A stretch of 64,000 nt of DNA from an uncultured delta proteobacterium (GCA_963778115.1 CAVZSV010000004.1:704001-768000), one strand, 5' to 3'. Shown: positions 1 to 11,591, counted from the stretch's first letter. The notes: generated by a model not told the origin, from the sequence alone. Translations and numbers: made by a program.

Positions 1-2
1 AG

Positions 3-953
3 ATGCTTCTCAATTTAGTTCCTCGAACCCTTTTCGAGGAGATTCTTTCCCAAGGGACAAAACCGGAAATCGACCGGCCCTGTCCGAAGTGCCATCGGGA
101 ACTTAAGCAAGCAACACTCGTGCGAGCAGATCAGAAAGTGACTCTAGAGTTGTGTGGACATTGCAAACTCTTTTGGTTCGAGGGCGGAGCCATCGTGCAC
201 CTCGTGCGACTGTCGGAATTGAAGCATGTGATGCTTCCCGATCCGCCCAAAAGAGGAGTCAGAGCCCCTAAGCCGATCCCCAGTACGTTGCCAAAGGAGC
301 CGGAGAATATTTCCTGGAGTGCGCCACTCCTTTTTTTCATCATTTCGTTCGTTTCGGCGCTTTGCGAGCAGCATCCAGAATTCGTTTCGCGATTTGGATT
401 CATTCCAGTCCGTGCATTCCGTGAAAATGGTGTTACCTGGATCTCAAGCCTTTTCATAAATCCGGCGGTAAAGATCCCCCACCTATTGCTTTTGCTCTTT
501 TGTGGAATCTATTGCGAAAGACGAATCGGGTCGCGTAATTTTCTTACTCTTTGCACAACTGCGGGAGTTTTCAGTCAATTAGCTGTGTTCTTTTTTTCGC
601 AAAGGCCCCAGACCGTATTTACGGGCAGCTTCCCCTTCATCCTGGCAGTCACCTCCTTCTCCCTTTTGCGACTGCCCTATTACGACTTCCTATTCCCGAA
701 GGAGAAATGGAAATCGCCGATGGATGCAGTGACCTGGACAGGGATCGTCTCTCTTCTATTTCTATTCGTCTTTGTCATTTGGGATATGGTGAATCAAGTC
801 ATCGTCGCGGGACTCTCCGACGCCACTACCACTTTCACCATTCCTTTTGTGGGGCACATTCCAGCCGGCTTCGGTTTGGCTCCCTACGTCATCAGCGCCC
901 TGGCCGGGGCTCTTTGGTCGCAGTATGGCAAAACCAATACTGTGCGTCATTAA
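3..953 (+). CDS. Zn-ribbon (zf-TFIIB-like) + rhomboid-like membrane protein, probably 5'-truncated by the window edge
   Basis: CPKC...CGHC-x2-FWFEGG ribbon; rhomboid-like GFIP...TWISSLF, ERRIGSRNFL and several TM helices; catalytic motifs degenerate. Confidence 0.7.
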   Translation: MLLNLVPRTLFEEILSQGTKPEIDRPCPKCHRELKQATLVRADQKVTLELCGHCKLFWFEGGAIVHLVRLSELKHVMLPDPPKRGVRAPKPIPSTLPKEPENISWSAPLLFFIISFVSALCEQHPEFVSRFGFIPVRAFRENGVTWISSLFINPAVKIPHLLLLLFCGIYCERRIGSRNFLTLCTTAGVFSQLAVFFFSQRPQTVFTGSFPFILAVTSFSLLRLPYYDFLFPKEKWKSPMDAVTWTGIVSLLFLFVFVIWDMVNQVIVAGLSDATTTFTIPFVGHIPAGFGLAPYVISALAGALWSQYGKTNTVRH

Positions 954-1018
954 CGCGCCTCGGGCATAACCTCGTGAAGGGAAACCTGAAGTTTTCCGAT
1001 AAGTAAACGAGGTCTCCT

Positions 1019-2332
1019 ATGTGGTTTCCCAAACGTCCGCAGAGTCTTGAGGAAGCTAAACTTAAACCCCATTTCGTCCACGAAAACATTCTTAAGATCA
1101 TTTTCTCGCAAGGAGCAACGCGCGGACTTCAATTTTGCGATATCCTTCGACTCCCCTACGCACTCATCGATCCAGAGTTGACTCTACTCAGGAGCCAAGA
1201 TCTCATTGCTCCGGTGGGTGGAGCTGGGATCGGAGGCCAAGAAAGACTAGATTTTGCACTGACTCCCCATGGGACGGAAATAGCGCAAAGCTATTCAAAG
1301 CGCTCTGCTTATACGGGGCCGGCGCCCGTTTCGATCGACGACTATACGGTATCGGTTATGAACCAAAAGATTCAGTTGCGAGGGCTTCGAAAGACAAATC
1401 TTGAAACGGCCTTCGCTGATATGATCACTTCCACTCAACAGATAAATCGATTGGGGCCCGCGATCAATTCGGGCGGTCCTATCTTTCTTTACGGAAAGCC
1501 CGGAAACGGGAAGACATCGCTCGCGGAAAGGCTCTCTCGTGTTTTCCGACAGGGGATATTTGTCCCGTATTGCATTCAAGTCGACGGCCAAATCATCCAA
1601 GTTTTTGACGAGAAAGTGCACCGAACCATTCCAGAAAAGGCACTTCCCGACAAACATCCTTTGCGAACTAATCCTTTAAGTATCGACTCTAGATGGGTTT
1701 ACGTTCTTAGGCCTTTCATCATTGTGGGAGGAGAGCTCACTTTAGAGATGCTAGATCTCACTTATCGCGAAGGGCAGGACTGTTACGAAGCTCCGTTTCA
1801 GGTGAAGTCTAATGGTGGGGTGTTACTCGTGGACGACTTTGGGAGACAAATCGTAAAGCCAAAGGATTTTCTAAACCGATGGATATTTCCTTTGGAGAAG
1901 AACAGAGACTTTCTCACTTTGGTAAACGGAAAAAAGATTGAAGTCCCGTTCGAACAGGTTCTCATTTTTTCGACAAATTTAGATCCGGCCGATCTTGCGG
2001 ATGAAGCCTTCTGGAGACGAATTAAGTATAAGATAGCGATCACGGATCCCAGCGAGAAGGATTTTAAACAGATCTTCAAAGGCGTTTGCGATTCGCTAAA
2101 GTTAACATTTAGTGAAGAGGTTTTTCAGCATTTGATAGATGTCCACTATCATCAAGCCAATCGCGAGTTAAGAGCCGTTCATCCTCGCGATATCCTAAAT
2201 CATGTTATCGACCATATCTCTTACTACGGCTTGGAAAATAAATTGACCAATGACCTCATCGATCAAGCCTGTGAACCGTACTTTACGGAGATGGGCGGGA
2301 CCAAAGACAAAAAATGGTCCAAGGCCGGGTAA
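1019..2332 (+). CDS. AAA+ family ATPase with N-terminal winged-helix-like region
   Basis: Walker A GKPGNGKTS, Walker B LLVDDFGR, sensor FSTN, Arg finger DEAFWRRI; GAGG RBS. Confidence 0.85.
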   Translation: MWFPKRPQSLEEAKLKPHFVHENILKIIFSQGATRGLQFCDILRLPYALIDPELTLLRSQDLIAPVGGAGIGGQERLDFALTPHGTEIAQSYSKRSAYTGPAPVSIDDYTVSVMNQKIQLRGLRKTNLETAFADMITSTQQINRLGPAINSGGPIFLYGKPGNGKTSLAERLSRVFRQGIFVPYCIQVDGQIIQVFDEKVHRTIPEKALPDKHPLRTNPLSIDSRWVYVLRPFIIVGGELTLEMLDLTYREGQDCYEAPFQVKSNGGVLLVDDFGRQIVKPKDFLNRWIFPLEKNRDFLTLVNGKKIEVPFEQVLIFSTNLDPADLADEAFWRRIKYKIAITDPSEKDFKQIFKGVCDSLKLTFSEEVFQHLIDVHYHQANRELRAVHPRDILNHVIDHISYYGLENKLTNDLIDQACEPYFTEMGGTKDKKWSKAG

Positions 2333-2352
2333 ATTTGCTAAAATATTACAAC

Positions 2353-4131
2353 ATGCCGAACACGAAATGGATGACGCTACTAGCCGGACTACTCGTCCTG
2401 GCTTCGGTAGTATTTTATTTTTGGCGTGCGCAATTTTGCATGGAAACTTACGATGAGCCTTTCTATTTGGCTCCCGGTTTTCACTTTGCTTCAACCCACG
2501 ACCAGCCCATTCGAGATGAGATACTTAATGGGCCACGCCATTTCGATGTCTTAAACCGTTTCCTGGTGGCCCCCCTTCTCCCCTATTCGGTATTGGTCTT
2601 ACGAAGAGCAGCCGTACTTTTTTATGCCGCCATTTTGTTAGCCTTTACTTTGCTATGCTTTCGAGGAGACTTTGGCCTAACCGCTGCCGTAGTTTTCGTC
2701 GCGTGCTTGCTCGTCGACGCCTATGTCATGCCAACGTGGTCCCATAATTGGTGGTGCCGCAATTTCCTTCTGCTGCATAATCTGTTTGTCGTAGTAGCCT
2801 ATCGCTCGATTCGATTTCGAACCGTATTGCTTTCGGTTGCGGGCGTTTGTTTGGGCATTCTATTTGTTTCATACAATCCTCCTGTCGTAATTCTGCCGAT
2901 CCTACTGATAGGACTTTATTTTTGCGAGAGTCGCTTTTGTCATCAAGAACGGCCCTGGACGACGGTAGCGTGCTACACGGCGGCCGTCTGTAGTCCTATC
3001 GCCGTCGATTTTCTCTACCTATGGAGCCATCATCTAATAAACGATCTTGTCACTGGAATCCAAACCGTTCTCGCTATTCCGGATTATAGTGGAAACACCA
3101 GATTCACAAAATCCTTAACGCTAATAAAAAGTGTTCTTCTTCAAAAGGAACTTTGGCTAGTTCTTTTCATTTCGGCCGTTTCTTTGGTCCTTACGAAAAA
3201 ATTTTCTACCCGTCGCCCCAAACTCTTCCTATCCACGGCGATAATGGCGGTCACCCTAGTGCTGTTGAAGATTCCTATCGCCACCCAAATGATCTTTTTC
3301 CTTCATGCCTTCACGGGATGGGGCGGAGCCGCCTCCTTGGTGCTACTGACTTTCGCTCTTCATGAAAAGCGAAGCGACATCCTTTTGGGGACGATTGCCG
3401 CGGTGGGCACAGGCTTTATGGTTGGGATGTCGTCTAATTCTGGACACAATGGACTTTTTTGGGTAATTCCCGCAGTAGTCATTCCTTTTTCGGCTGTGCT
3501 GACTCAGTGGAATATTACCTCCCCCAAAATCGGTAGGGCCCAAATGGTGGCCCATGCGGCGTTTATTATTTTCGCAGCGACAATAGCGACGGGGGCCTTA
3601 TTTTTTCAATCTAACGCATGTTACCGCGATACTCCTCTTAGACAATGCTCGGTTAAGCTTGCCATCCCCCCGTACACGGGCCTTTATACCAATCCCAGGC
3701 GCGCGTATCTTATGAATGTCCTCTTCGAGCAACTAAGACAAAAACAGTTCGTACTAGCGTTTCCGAATCTTCCCGGTGTCATTCTTTTCCCGGGCATACG
3801 ATCGTCTATTCCGACGACTTTGGTTAATTTTTCGTTTCCCTTTAATTCCTACTATTTGTCGAAGCTTTTCGTTAGACGACGTTTTCCTGAAACCCTGGTT
3901 CGGGTTAAGATTGAACCCTGGACGTGGGGAACGGGGAAGCCAAATTATTTGGCAGTGCCCAAGGACGATCCACTGGTCGCGTTCTCCGACTGCGCCAAGG
4001 GGCCAACGATCGTGGATCTTCCCGAATTTGAAATCGACGCGGTCGATGCTGGCCGGGTGGAATCGTGCGCAGAAACTATAATCAACAACCCCTCGCGAAA
4101 GCGTTTAGCGAGTCTAATCCGCAATCGCTAG
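2353..4131 (+). CDS. Polytopic membrane protein, possible GT-C fold glycosyltransferase (ORF open from 2314)
   Basis: DEPFY acidic motif in the loop after TM1, more than 10 hydrophobic helices, soluble C-terminal domain. Confidence 0.55.
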   Translation: MPNTKWMTLLAGLLVLASVVFYFWRAQFCMETYDEPFYLAPGFHFASTHDQPIRDEILNGPRHFDVLNRFLVAPLLPYSVLVLRRAAVLFYAAILLAFTLLCFRGDFGLTAAVVFVACLLVDAYVMPTWSHNWWCRNFLLLHNLFVVVAYRSIRFRTVLLSVAGVCLGILFVSYNPPVVILPILLIGLYFCESRFCHQERPWTTVACYTAAVCSPIAVDFLYLWSHHLINDLVTGIQTVLAIPDYSGNTRFTKSLTLIKSVLLQKELWLVLFISAVSLVLTKKFSTRRPKLFLSTAIMAVTLVLLKIPIATQMIFFLHAFTGWGGAASLVLLTFALHEKRSDILLGTIAAVGTGFMVGMSSNSGHNGLFWVIPAVVIPFSAVLTQWNITSPKIGRAQMVAHAAFIIFAATIATGALFFQSNACYRDTPLRQCSVKLAIPPYTGLYTNPRRAYLMNVLFEQLRQKQFVLAFPNLPGVILFPGIRSSIPTTLVNFSFPFNSYYLSKLFVRRRFPETLVRVKIEPWTWGTGKPNYLAVPKDDPLVAFSDCAKGPTIVDLPEFEIDAVDAGRVESCAETIINNPSRKRLASLIRNR

Positions 4132-4150
4132 TCGAAAGCGGCATGAGGGA

Positions 4151-5293
4151 ATGGCTCCTATGAAAAAGAACTTTATTACCGGGCTAAAAATCTTACTGGT
4201 GTATGTCGTTCTTCTGCTCGGATTAGAAGGAATAGGACGTGCTACGATCTGGTACTTGGAGTCAAAAAAGGTTTCGGGAATCGAAGCGGAAAATATGATC
4301 TCCTACGACGAACCGGTCGTGGGCTTTGCGTTAAAGAGAAACCTCTCGGAGAAACTTACCTATTGGGATTTGCATACTGACCAATGGGGATTTCGAACCA
4401 CGGGTGAAGAGCTAATGCCCGCGAAGGACCCCAATGAGCTTAGAATTTTCGTCGTGGGAGGATCGACTGTATTTGGATGGAGAGTCTATGACAACGAGTC
4501 AGTTCCGGCTCATCTTCAAAAACGAATCGATGAACTCGTCGCCAAAATAGCTCCTAATACTCCCAAGAAAATCCGAGTCATCAATGCCGGAGTTCCTTGG
4601 TACGCCTCCTGGCATGAATCCGCGTTTATCTTTTTCCGGGTGATGGAGTTTAAGCCCGATTGGATCATCGTGATGGACGGTCTTAACGATGCCGCGAGCG
4701 GAATCTCACCGCGGTGGTCCTCCATCTATCAGGGTTACGTCGATCTTCCCACCCACCTTGCTTTGGAACAGAGAAAGTCAGAAGAAAAGCCTTCCTTACT
4801 GGGGAGCTTGCTCAATCTCAGCCCCTCTTTCCGCTATTTTCATGCAAGACTTAAAGCAAAGGAACAGTTGCGAACCGGCGTCTATCGCCCCGAAGTTTGG
4901 GACCAATATTTTGCTTACATGAAGCGCCTTAACCTGTTAACGGCAGCAATGGGAATCCGCTTTTCCATCTATTTTCAGCCAGTAATGCATACCGATAAGC
5001 CACTCGATATTTTCGAAACGATTCACGACGGAACGAGCATGCGAGAGCCTGAATTTGCCGCTACCTTCCGCAAGGAATATTTGGAGGGGGAGAGTCGAGG
5101 GCTTAGCATGAAGGGGCTTCCCTTTACCAGTTTGAGACGGGCATTTGCGACGAACCGAGCCCCCATCTACTTGGATGGTTTGCATTACAATTCCAAAGGG
5201 AATGAGATCTTGGCCAATTTGATTTTTAAAGATGAAGTGCAGAGTGTAGTCAGTTCTTACTTAGGCAAGACACCACCGTTAGCGATGCGGTGA
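4151..5293 (+). CDS. Membrane-anchored SGNH/GDSL hydrolase
   Basis: N-terminal TM; blocks GGSTVFG, INAGVP, DGLND, DGLHYN. Confidence 0.85.
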   Translation: MAPMKKNFITGLKILLVYVVLLLGLEGIGRATIWYLESKKVSGIEAENMISYDEPVVGFALKRNLSEKLTYWDLHTDQWGFRTTGEELMPAKDPNELRIFVVGGSTVFGWRVYDNESVPAHLQKRIDELVAKIAPNTPKKIRVINAGVPWYASWHESAFIFFRVMEFKPDWIIVMDGLNDAASGISPRWSSIYQGYVDLPTHLALEQRKSEEKPSLLGSLLNLSPSFRYFHARLKAKEQLRTGVYRPEVWDQYFAYMKRLNLLTAAMGIRFSIYFQPVMHTDKPLDIFETIHDGTSMREPEFAATFRKEYLEGESRGLSMKGLPFTSLRRAFATNRAPIYLDGLHYNSKGNEILANLIFKDEVQSVVSSYLGKTPPLAMR

Positions 5294-5324
5294 GATGAAG
5301 GCTACCCCCCTCTCCCCCCGAGTC

Positions 5325-8300
5325 CTAGTGCATCGCCGGCACGGCCATCGGCTGATCCTGAGGTGGATTGGCAGACTTCTTATCCAGAGGATCGGGCCGT
5401 TCCAGTTTAGAGAAGAGACTGTAAACACACGGAACGACGAACAACGTTAGAATCGTACTCGCCGTAACTCCCCCAATGATCGAAACCGCCATTGGAATAG
5501 TGGTTTCCGCTCCCGGACCGAAGGAAAGGGCCTCGGGAAGCGCTCCCGCTACGGTGGCCACGGAAGTCATCAAGATTGGACGAAGCCTGACCGGACAAGC
5601 TTTCAACAAAGAGGTAGTTACATCGTGCCCTTCTTCGCGTACCTGATTGGTAAAATCCACCAGAAGAATGGAATTCTTTTTCACAATTCCCATCAGAAGA
5701 ATAAAACCTATGAAGCTGTACATATTAAACGACTGATGGCCCAGATAGAGGCCCAAGAATGCGCCCGAGATGCTAAAAGGAAGCGCCATGAGTACGGTAA
5801 CGGGATGGATGAAACTATTGAACTGAGACGCTAGCACCATGTAAGAGACTAAAATTCCTAACAGCATCGCGACAATCAAACTCTGGAAAGATTCTCGAAA
5901 GCTCTGGGAACTTCCCGTCATCTTAATGGTGTATCCCGGCGGCAACATCGAACGGGCGAGTGACTCGGTATATTTCAAAGCGTCCTGTTGGGAGTGGCCA
6001 GGCGCAGGATTGGCATATACCGTAATGGCACGAGCGCGGTTCAATCGGGACACCAACATCAGACTGGGACGCACTTTCATTTCAACCACATCAGACAAGC
6101 GAACCGTCTCACCGCGATTATTTCTTAGCTTAACTCTATCCAGATCGGGAATTTTATCTCTCTGACCGGCAATCAAACGCAGTTCGATTTCATATCTATG
6201 GCGACCTTTTTGATATTCAGTCAGCCCGGTAAAGATGGCACCACCAAAAAGCGAATTGATCACGTTGGTAACGGTACTTACGGAAACGGCATATTTCGCT
6301 AATTTGTCTCGATTGGGTGTTATTGCGACCTCGGGCATTCCCCCTTGAACGTCGGTATTAACGTCGGTCACAACGCCGCTTTTTTTCATTTCATCCATGA
6401 CCTTATTCGTAAGATCGGTAAGCTTGTCCCAATCTGGTCCTTGAACGATAAATTCGACGGGAAATCCTCGAGAGGCCGCAAATCCACGGAGCGAGAGATC
6501 TTGAACGACGATCTCCATTCCAGGGATCATATGTTTTAACTCTTTCCGATATTTCTTAATGAGATCGCTCTGAGAGACGTTTCGCTTGTTACGATCGACC
6601 AGAGTGACAAAGGTCATCCCCTGATTGACCGCATCCCCGCCAAATCCTCCCACCACCGCGAAAACGCCCGCCACTTCCTTTTGCTTCAGCAAGTAATCCT
6701 CGGTCTGCTTCATTTTTCCATCAGTAATGTTGAGAGAAGTTCCCACGGGGAGCTTATACCGTAACAGCATTTGGGATTGATCTTGGGCCGGCATCATCTC
6801 GAAGGGCAGTAATTTAGCTATGAAGATACTTCCCACAAAAAGTAGCGTCGTAGCTGCCAAAGTGCTCCACCGATATCGCAGCAGCACTTCTAAAGCGACA
6901 CGGTAGCCCACTGATAGCTTGGCAAAAACATTATCCATGAACTTCGCCAGACCCTTGGGCTCATGGTCGACTCTAAGGTAACGCGAACAGCGCATGGGGG
7001 TCAGAGTCAAGGCTTCCAGTAGAGAAAGCAGAACGGCGACGGTCACCGTTATTCCATACTGAAGGAAATAGCGGCCAATCACCCCCTGCATGAAAACCAC
7101 AGGTAGGAAAATCGCAACAATAGCAATGGTCGCCGCAAGAGCCGCGAAGGTGATCTCTTTAGAGCCTTTAAGCGCGGCCTCCATTTTCCCTTCACCCATC
7201 TCGCGATGGCGCACGATATTCTCGAGCATCATGATGGCGTCATCGACAACGATTCCGATAGCAAGACTAAGCCCCAACAACGTGAAGGTGTTTAAAGTGA
7301 AATGAAAAGCGTAAAAAGCGACAAACGCTCCGACGATAGATGTCGGAATCGCCATCAGGATATTGATGGTCGAAGTAAAAGAACCCAGGAAAAGAAAACA
7401 TACGATGGAAGTCAGCAGAGCCGACATCGCCAGAGTAAACAACAGCTGGTTCACCGATTGCTTGATAAATCGAGTATTGTCCGACCGGAGACCGACCTTG
7501 TACGAGGGAGGGATTAAAGGTTCCAGCTCTTTTATCTTTTTGCGAATAGCATCTCCCACCTCGACCGCGTTGGACCCATGCTGTTTAATAATCCCTAGCC
7601 CAACCGCCGGTTTACCATCACTGCGGCAGCGTTTTCGGACGTCCGTTAACCCCTCCTCGATATCTCCAATCTCTCGCATCTGCGTGGGACGAAAATTAGG
7701 ACCTTGATTGGCTCGGCTATAAATATTGATCTTCCCAAACTCTTCGGGGCTGTCCGCTTCTCCCATGACGCGAACAAAATACTCTTTCTTGTCGTTTTGG
7801 ATGGCACCCGCAGGAAACTCGACATGTTCTTTGACAATGGCATTGAGGGCGTCATCAGAAGTTAGATTCAGTTTATCGAGCTTATTTACGTCAGCCCATA
7901 TCCTAAGTGCGGGATCGACGTAACCGCCTAGAACCACATTTCCCACCCCCTCCACGGTACTAAACTGATCGAAAAGGAAATTGCGGGCAAAGATCATAAT
8001 GTCGATAGGTTTTATCTTAGGGTCATCCGTCGTAACGGCAAGCCACATAATGGGAGAATCTTCGGGATTTTGCTTTCTTAACGTGGGAGGAAAAAGATTG
8101 ATCGGCAACAGGTTCTGGACCTGATTTATCTTATTTTGAATCTCCTGCATCGATTCATCGATATTGCGATTGAGCTCGAATTCAACCGCGATATTGCCCG
8201 AACTTTGAGTGGCTGAAGAGGTAATGTTGCGGATGCCGTCAATTTCGCTAATCGCGTCTTCGATAGGATCCAGCACTTGGCTTTCGATCACTTCCGGCGC

Positions 8301-8462
8301 CGCTCCGGTGAGCGTCAAGCTCACACTGACCACGGGAAAATCAACGTCGGGAAGTTGGCTGATACCCAGTCTTCGATAAGAGATGATGCCAAAGACGATG
8401 ATGGCCGCCATCAGCATCCAAGCGAAAACGGGGCGCCGTATGGAAAGTTCAGAGAGGCTCAC
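5325..8462 (-). CDS. RND efflux permease (AcrB/AcrD/AcrF family)
   Basis: 1045 aa; SIRRPVFA, PDVDFPVV, GIVVDDAI, GIVKKNSILLVDF, RLRPILMTS. Confidence 0.95.
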   Translation of the reverse strand: MSLSELSIRRPVFAWMLMAAIIVFGIISYRRLGISQLPDVDFPVVSVSLTLTGAAPEVIESQVLDPIEDAISEIDGIRNITSSATQSSGNIAVEFELNRNIDESMQEIQNKINQVQNLLPINLFPPTLRKQNPEDSPIMWLAVTTDDPKIKPIDIMIFARNFLFDQFSTVEGVGNVVLGGYVDPALRIWADVNKLDKLNLTSDDALNAIVKEHVEFPAGAIQNDKKEYFVRVMGEADSPEEFGKINIYSRANQGPNFRPTQMREIGDIEEGLTDVRKRCRSDGKPAVGLGIIKQHGSNAVEVGDAIRKKIKELEPLIPPSYKVGLRSDNTRFIKQSVNQLLFTLAMSALLTSIVCFLFLGSFTSTINILMAIPTSIVGAFVAFYAFHFTLNTFTLLGLSLAIGIVVDDAIMMLENIVRHREMGEGKMEAALKGSKEITFAALAATIAIVAIFLPVVFMQGVIGRYFLQYGITVTVAVLLSLLEALTLTPMRCSRYLRVDHEPKGLAKFMDNVFAKLSVGYRVALEVLLRYRWSTLAATTLLFVGSIFIAKLLPFEMMPAQDQSQMLLRYKLPVGTSLNITDGKMKQTEDYLLKQKEVAGVFAVVGGFGGDAVNQGMTFVTLVDRNKRNVSQSDLIKKYRKELKHMIPGMEIVVQDLSLRGFAASRGFPVEFIVQGPDWDKLTDLTNKVMDEMKKSGVVTDVNTDVQGGMPEVAITPNRDKLAKYAVSVSTVTNVINSLFGGAIFTGLTEYQKGRHRYEIELRLIAGQRDKIPDLDRVKLRNNRGETVRLSDVVEMKVRPSLMLVSRLNRARAITVYANPAPGHSQQDALKYTESLARSMLPPGYTIKMTGSSQSFRESFQSLIVAMLLGILVSYMVLASQFNSFIHPVTVLMALPFSISGAFLGLYLGHQSFNMYSFIGFILLMGIVKKNSILLVDFTNQVREEGHDVTTSLLKACPVRLRPILMTSVATVAGALPEALSFGPGAETTIPMAVSIIGGVTASTILTLFVVPCVYSLFSKLERPDPLDKKSANPPQDQPMAVPAMH

Positions 8463-11400
8463 TGGTGTGCTCCCATGGCGGCTACCTCTCGTCCAATCTC
8501 TTCGGATTCAGGCCGTTCCAACTTGGTAAAGAGGCTGTACACACACGGGACAACATATAAAGTGAGCAGTGTTGAGACGGTAACCCCACCGATAATAGCC
8601 ACTGCCATCGGGATTCGTGTCTCCGATCCAGGACCGGTATTGACCGCTTCAGGAATCGCACCCACGATGATGGCGACTGACGTCATTAAGATCGGCCGCA
8701 ACCTAACCGGACAGGCCTCCATCAATGCTTTGGTAGGCTCCAGACCTTCGGCTCTTCTTTGATTGGTGAAATCCACCAACAGAATGGAATTCTTCTTCAC
8801 GATTCCCATCAGAAGAATAAGACCAATCATACTAAACAAGCTTAGCGACTGGTGAGTGAAATACAGGGCACACAACGCTCCGGACAGACTAAAGGGGAGC
8901 GCCATGAGTACCGTGATGGGATGGATAAAACTATTAAACTGCGAGGCCAAAACCATGTAGGCAACGGCAATTCCCAAGATGAGAGCAAAAATGAGATTCT
9001 CAAATGCGTCGCGAAACGCTTGAGCACTTCCGGTCACTTTCGCTTGATATCCCGGCGGTAAAACCTGTTTGGCGATTTGCTCCACAGACTCAAGAGCGGC
9101 TTGCTGGGACTTGCCCTCAGCCACATTTGCATAAACGGGGATTGCACGCGATCGATTGAGCCGCGAGACCAATTGAAGTCCTGTGGTCAGCTTAATATCG
9201 GAGGTTTCAGGCAAAGGAACCAACTCGCCGCTCGTTCCTCTGTTATTTCTTAACAAGACCCTATCCAAATCCTCCGGTGTTGCATGTTCGTCATTTTCGG
9301 AACGAACTCTAATGTAGTAACGATGACCGTCTTTGGGATACTGCGTAGCCGCGGTAAAGATTTGCCCTCCCACCAAATACTCCACCTCTTGTCCCATGGT
9401 AGTGACGCTGACCCCACGGTGAGCCGCCTTATCGCGATCGGGGACGACTTGAATTTCGGGCATTCCCGCTTGGTAATCGGTGTTCACGTCTTCGACAAAT
9501 CCAGAAGCATTCATCTTCGAAATCATGACCGAAGAAATTTCTTTTAATTTTTCCCAGTCTGGACCCTCGATAGTAAACTCGATGGGAAAGCCACGAGACG
9601 CGCTAAAGCCCGTCAAGGAGAGATCTTGTCCGAACACTTCCATGGTGGGCATTAGCGCTCTTAAATCCTTTCGAGTGCGATCCATGATTTCGCGCTGCCT
9701 AGCTTTACGATCCTTTTCGTCTTTCAAGACGACGTATATCTCACCCGCATTAACTACATTGTTATCTTGGTAGTTTCCGATGGTGGTATAGAGATCCAAT
9801 ACTTCCGGCTGTTTTCTTAGATAATCCTCGGCCTGTTTGTAGACTTCATTCGTCGCATCAATCGAAGTCCCGACAGGCGTTTTAATCGTCAGCAGAAACA
9901 ACGATTGATCCTGTGCGGGAATTAATTCCTTCCTAAGTAAGCTCAGAAACACCATTGAAGTAGCAAATATTGCTATGGAGACGAAAGTGACTACCCATCG
10001 CCATCTCAATGCGGCCGCCAGGGTGACCCGATATTTATCGGTCAAATAATCCATGAAAGCGTCCATCGTCTTGGAGACAAATCCCGGATTTTCGACCTTC
10101 GCCGAATGCAGAAAACGGGCGCATCGCATCGGGGTAAGCGTCAGCGCTTCGAGCAAGGAGAGAAATACGGCAACGGTTACCGTGATGCCGTATTGGTAAA
10201 AGAATTTACCCACAACACCTTGCATGAAAACCACGGGAATAAAGATAGCGGCGATCGCTAAGAGTAGTCGCCAATGCGGCAAACGTTATCTCTTCGGATC
10301 CGTCCAAAGCTGCTTGCCGTCGGTTTTTTCCCATCTCGTAATGGCGCACGATATTTTCGAGCATCATGATCGCATCGTCCACCACGATTCCGATCGCAAG
10401 ACTTAGGCCCAACAGCGTGAAGGTATTTAAAGTAAAACCGAAGAAATAAAGTGCTATGAATGCTCCCACGATCGAAGTCGGAATCGCAAACAACACGTTA
10501 ATCGTCGACGACCAGGACCCCAAGAAGAGATAGCAGATAATGCTGGTGAGTAGGGCTGAAAGTAGTAGCGTCATATTAAGTTCATCGACGGAGTCTTTGA
10601 TGAACTTCGTCTGATCTAACTTAACGTCGATATGGTAACCGGGCAGAAGAGCCTTTCGGATCTGATCGACCTTTAACCGTACCTGTTTGGCCACTTCTAC
10701 GGCGTTGGATCCATGCTGCTTTACTATCCCTAGACCCACGGCCTCTTTACCGTTGTATCGGGATATCTCGCGGATATCCGATAGCCCCTCTTCGACCCGC
10801 GCAACGTCCGATAAAGGAATCGGGTTATAGTTCGCAGAGCCGCCGCGGGTATTGATGCGAATCTTGGAAAAATCGATCGTATTACTGGCTTCACCCAGAA
10901 CTCGAATATTCGTTTCGTTCTTGGGCGCTTCGATGCGACCTGCCGGCTGCTCGATCTGTTCCGCTTGAATCGCCGCCCAAATATCACTTGAAGTCAGATC
11001 GTACTGCGCCATCTTCTTTTCGTTAAGCCACACGCGCAAATTAGGATCGACGTAACCGGCAAAAGTGATATTTCCCACTCCGGACAAAGTGGAAAGCTGA
11101 TCTTTTAAAGTATTCCGCGAATACATCATGAGTTGGTAAAGCGGAACGCTGTCCTCGGCTGTTACCATTACCCACAGGATGGGTTGGTCCTCGGGGTTGG
11201 TCTTTGAGATAACGGGAGGATAAAGGGTAGTCGGGAGCAAATTAGACGATTGCGTGATTCGATTTTGAACCTCTTGAAGGGCGATATTGACGTCGTGGTT
11301 TAGTTCAAAGTTACAAGTGATATTGGCAATCCCTTGGCTGACACTGGAAGAGACGAAAGAAAGACCTTCGATACCCATCACCGCATCTTCGATGATATCG

Positions 11401-11591
11401 ACCACATCCAGCTCCATCACTTCGGGAGCCGCGCCATCCAGTCGTAAGGCAACGTTAACCACGGGAAAATCGACGTCGGGCATTTCGCTGATGCCCATCC
11501 TCTGGAAGGAGATGCCTCCGAAGATGATCAAACCAAACATTAGCATCCAGGCAAACACCGGTCTCCGAATGGAGATCGCAGAAATACTCAT
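8459..11591 (-). CDS. Second RND efflux permease, split by a +1 frameshift at ~10260 (ORFs 10206-11591 and 8459-10282); about 1043 aa when repaired
   Basis: Both halves align to the neighbouring RND paralog; removing one base from ACT CTT A GCG ATC restores ATTLAIAAIFIPV. Confidence 0.9.

Noticed and set aside
10206..10282. Programmed ribosomal frameshifting in the RND gene (and in uvrD)
   Set aside because: No slippery heptamer or stimulatory structure seen; simple one-base duplications fit sequencing error better
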